A stretch of DNA of 64,000 nucleotides from Kiritimatiellia bacterium (GTDB lineage: Bacteria > Verrucomicrobiota > Kiritimatiellia > RFP12 > JBMNHG01). The stretch is from NCBI GenBank assembly GCA_045627705.1, contig JAZQOE010000124.1, positions 17,865-81,864 of the forward strand, in the 5' to 3' direction. The notes below the pieces were generated by a model. It made no database searches. It was not told the DNA's origin and was given only the letters and a program-made list of their open reading frames with translations. The translations under genes were made by a program, and so were the position numbers. Shown piece after piece: positions 61,169 to 64,000 of the stretch. Each line of letters opens with the position of its first letter. Position 1 is the stretch's first letter.

Positions 61169-64000
61169 ATGAATGTGTCGAGGTCGTTGATGGCCGCCCT
61201 TGTCGCGGGCGCGCTTCTTTCCATCCCGTCCATTTCGCATGCCGAACTGGGCGACTATCAAGAATTCACCGACAAGGAAAACTGGTCGGCAACCGTCAGT
61301 GGCAACGGCGACGGCCAAGGTGCCGCCGCGATCATCAACGGCAATGAGACGGACATGTGGCAGTGCGACTGGCGAGGGGACGCATGGTTCTGCATCGACC
61401 TCGGCTCGCGCCGCACCATCCGCGCCTTCAAATATCGTCCGCGCCAGGCAGACCACAGCATCAAGGACTACAAGCTCTGGGTGCTCGATGCGCCTGTCAC
61501 ATCATACGACGATGTCAACGCGCTTCCCAATTCCCATGCTCCCGCATCGGCTGGTGTCCTGCCGTTCACCAACGACCCGACATACATCGAAGTTGAGTCC
61601 CCGCAGGTCGGCCGCTATGTCGTAATGCAGTCGTTCACGACCTACGAGCACAGCGCCGGTTGCCGCGAGTTCTGGCTATACGGCGAAAACGCCGCCACGC
61701 CCTGCTTCGTCTTTTGGCCGGCATCGAAGCGCGTCTATGCCATGGAATCGGCCGACTTCGCGCTTTCGGCGACAGACCATGACACCGGTTCGCTTTCCGC
61801 CGATTTCTCGCTGAGCGATCCCAATGGCGCAATCGCATCCGTCGTCCTGGGCAATGCGGACATTACCGCCGGCGGCGCGGATGTCGCCACGTTCACGGCT
61901 GGGGTCTGCGACCAGGGTACGCTTGCGGTAACGGCCTCGGCCAATATCGGCACGGCCACAATGACGCTCTCCGAAGGCTCGTCGTCGTTCGGCGCCATCT
62001 CGCGTTCCGCGCAGATTGAATCCGTCGCGCGCGTGGTGCGTCTCGTCGGTAGCCCGAACATCGGCGTGGGAATCGGCTCGTCCGTGACGCGCACCATCCA
62101 GATTGTCGATTCCGAACTCGCCGCCCCCGGCGCAATCACGCTTTCGGCCGGCGCGCCCTCAAATCCTTCGGCGTCTGTCTCCGGTGATGCCTCGATCGCC
62201 GATGGAGCATTCGCCTCCTCCGGCTCCATCATCCTTACCGGCGAAAGCGAAGGCTCCGCCACGGTACTGCTTACCCTCGGCAACGACTTCGTCTTCGAGG
62301 AAACCGGCACCTCCACGCTTTCCCTCATGGTCGCGACCCTCGGCGACACGATCTACGTCGCGCCCAACGGAGACGATTCGAACATCGGCACCGAGAACCT
62401 TCCCCTTCGCTCCATCTCCGCCGCCGCGACTCTCGCAATGGACAGCGGCGCCGACATCGTGATCGCCGCCGGCCTTTACGACGCCGCCCACGGCGAAACA
62501 TTCCCGATCCTTCCTCCGAACGGAATCGAAATCCGCGGCGTCGCGGGTGCGACGCGCACCCCCGCCGATTCGACCATCATCGACTGCGGTGGCACTGGCG
62601 GCTGCTTCTCCTTCCCGGCAGTCCATTCCGCCACGGCCGGACTCCTCTCCAACCTCGTGATCACCAACGCCGCGCACTTCGCCGTGAAGGGCAACCTCTG
62701 GTACGGCACGATGGAGAACTGCATTGTCGATGGCGTGACCGCCTCCTCTGGCGACGACGCGATCTTCTCGATCGACTCCCTTGACTACAGCACCAGCCTG
62801 CTCTTCACGAACTGCGTCTTCCGCAACGTCACCACCTCGGGCGAGTACTGGATGCGCTTCAGCTACAGGTACGGCCCGATCTCCTTCGCCGACTGCTCCT
62901 TCGAGAACCTCTCGATCACCGGCGGCAATAGTTATACCGCCAAGACTGGACCGATCGTGATGTATTCGACATACTGCAACGGAACGAATGACTCGACTGT
63001 GAAGTTCCTGCGCTGCACATTCGACAACCTCAACGTTTACCGTACCTCGGGCAATTACAGCTCCGACGGCGGATACTTTGAAAACGGCGTGATCAACCCG
63101 TGGGCGAAGACATGGGTGGACCGCTGCGTCTTCCGCCACGCTTCCGCCCCATTCGCCTATTTCGGCGGAAACCGCAACGAGACGCACATCTACAACTCGC
63201 TCTTCTACGACATCGATTGCGGAGAATGGGGCGTTGCGCATGTCTTCTACGGCGCCGAACTCGATGTGCGCAACTGCACCTTCGACCAGGTGAGCACGGT
63301 CTTCCATACCGATGGCAACCACGCCATCACGACCGTCCACAACCTCTCGATCTCTTCCGCTTCGAGGCTGAACTCGATGGACAAGTCCCGCCTCGTGCTC
63401 AAGAGCTGCAATGTCTTCGACACGCCGGTCGCGGACATGTACGACGTGTTCTACGACACTACGTCGAGCGAAAACGTGACATCCTACGCGCCGGACTACG
63501 TCGCCGCGTACGACAGCGCGAACCCCGGCGCCGAGAACTACCGCCTCTGGTCGTACAGCGAACTGATCGATATCGGCGACAATTCCGCCATCAACGGCGA
63601 CTATGCCCTCGACCTCGCCGACAAGCCGCGCGCGTACAGCGCAGCCGGCACGGCGGTCGTCGATCTCGGCGCGTACGAGTCCCGTTTCGGTGCGCCCGAC
63701 ACAGTCTCCTTCTACACGCCTTCGACAATCTTCCATGGGTTCGTCGGTGAATCCGTAACGATTCCAGTAAGCATCAACCCCGCGCCGGAAACCACGACTC
63801 CTGTCCAAGCCGCCGTCGCGCTTGGCGCGGACCTTTCGACCGAGACCCCAACGCTCGCATGGGCCACGGGCACCGAGGTCAACCAGTTGACGGTCACGGC
63901 CGCGGACGCCTTGACGGACGGCGATGGCGAGCGCATGCTGGTCACGGTTTCGGAAAACGGAACGTCGGTCGGCATCGAGCCTCTCGCTGTTGGCGTGTAC
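61169..64000 (+). CDS. giant secreted beta-helix protein, paralog 4 (3'-truncated at window end, >943 aa). Signal peptide, discoidin (F5/8 type C)-like domain, Ig-like and beta-helix modules, and a canonical DLGAYE motif.
   Basis: Absent from the ORF track because no stop lies within the window. The frame is open from ATG 61169 to 64000. Signal peptide MNVSRSLMAALVAGALLSIPSISHA. Discoidin-like IINGNETDMWQ...WFCIDLGSRRTIRAFKYRPRQ...IKDYKLWV. DUF1565-like IYVAPNGDDSNIGTENLPLRSISAA. VVDLGAYESRFGAPDTVSFYTPS. Next module begins as in paralogs 1-3. Confidence 0.75.
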   Translation, partial: MNVSRSLMAALVAGALLSIPSISHAELGDYQEFTDKENWSATVSGNGDGQGAAAIINGNETDMWQCDWRGDAWFCIDLGSRRTIRAFKYRPRQADHSIKDYKLWVLDAPVTSYDDVNALPNSHAPASAGVLPFTNDPTYIEVESPQVGRYVVMQSFTTYEHSAGCREFWLYGENAATPCFVFWPASKRVYAMESADFALSATDHDTGSLSADFSLSDPNGAIASVVLGNADITAGGADVATFTAGVCDQGTLAVTASANIGTATMTLSEGSSSFGAISRSAQIESVARVVRLVGSPNIGVGIGSSVTRTIQIVDSELAAPGAITLSAGAPSNPSASVSGDASIADGAFASSGSIILTGESEGSATVLLTLGNDFVFEETGTSTLSLMVATLGDTIYVAPNGDDSNIGTENLPLRSISAAATLAMDSGADIVIAAGLYDAAHGETFPILPPNGIEIRGVAGATRTPADSTIIDCGGTGGCFSFPAVHSATAGLLSNLVITNAAHFAVKGNLWYGTMENCIVDGVTASSGDDAIFSIDSLDYSTSLLFTNCVFRNVTTSGEYWMRFSYRYGPISFADCSFENLSITGGNSYTAKTGPIVMYSTYCNGTNDSTVKFLRCTFDNLNVYRTSGNYSSDGGYFENGVINPWAKTWVDRCVFRHASAPFAYFGGNRNETHIYNSLFYDIDCGEWGVAHVFYGAELDVRNCTFDQVSTVFHTDGNHAITTVHNLSISSASRLNSMDKSRLVLKSCNVFDTPVADMYDVFYDTTSSENVTSYAPDYVAAYDSANPGAENYRLWSYSELIDIGDNSAINGDYALDLADKPRAYSAAGTAVVDLGAYESRFGAPDTVSFYTPSTIFHGFVGESVTIPVSINPAPETTTPVQAAVALGADLSTETPTLAWATGTEVNQLTVTAADALTDGDGERMLVTVSENGTSVGIEPLAVGVY

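Noticed and set aside
61735-63808. Minus-strand ORFs 61735..62349 and 62159..63808 (549 aa) at the right end
   Set aside because: Antisense to the open frame 61169..>64000, which has a signal peptide, a discoidin-like domain and the family DxGAYE motif. The true gene is missing from the ORF track only because its stop lies beyond the window.
1-64000. rRNA, tRNA, tmRNA and CRISPR arrays
   Set aside because: No clover-leaf-compatible 70-90 nt intergenic segment, no rRNA-like conserved stretch and no regularly spaced direct repeats were seen. Intergenic regions are short and occupied by promoters, terminators and REP-like elements.

Overview
High-GC (~63%) bacterial chromosomal segment. Gene content suggests a PVC-superphylum organism, probably Lentisphaerae, Kiritimatiellae or Verrucomicrobia. 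Evidence for this is inferential: prepilin N-termini of the FTLIELVVVL type, abundant polysaccharide-degrading enzymes and giant beta-helix surface proteins. No rRNA, tRNA or CRISPR array was found.

Contents in order:
- A partial hypothetical gene at the left edge.
- An AAA-ATPase/PD-(D/E)XK protein.
- A translationally coupled six-gene type IV pilus / type II secretion-like operon: two GspG-like pseudopilins, GspL-like and GspM-like proteins, the retraction ATPase PilT and the assembly ATPase GspE/PilB.
- Housekeeping genes: truB, folP, cdaA-cdaR, ftsK, a rodZ-like gene, rimO, carB, recA, pilD, yggS and nadE.
- Carbohydrate-active enzymes: a GH63-like hydrolase, a sialate O-acetylesterase and a PL8-like lyase.
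- An ABC ATPase, a GHMP kinase, an orphan ExbB/TolQ and a pteridine-reductase-like SDR.
- A Y1 (IS200-like/RAYT-like) transposase gene flanked by 23-bp REP-like palindromes.

The dominant feature is a paralogous family of four giant secreted proteins of 1674 to 2111 aa, one of them truncated at the window end. Together they cover about 19 kb, roughly 30% of the window. Each has an N-terminal PA14-like or discoidin-like carbohydrate-binding domain, Ig-like modules and repeated right-handed beta-helix modules. Each module ends in a 'DxG[CA]YE' (choice-of-anchor-Q-like) motif. The three complete copies end in a conserved '...GTLIF[IL][RK]' tail. All four have similar TTGATT-N17-TAnnnT promoters.

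A second notable signal is a dispersed palindrome, AAAACGGCGCGCCGTTTT, present in about 11 copies. It occurs both in terminator hairpins and, perfectly conserved, inside six coding regions.

Many long antisense ORFs in the six-frame track are high-GC shadow ORFs and were rejected.
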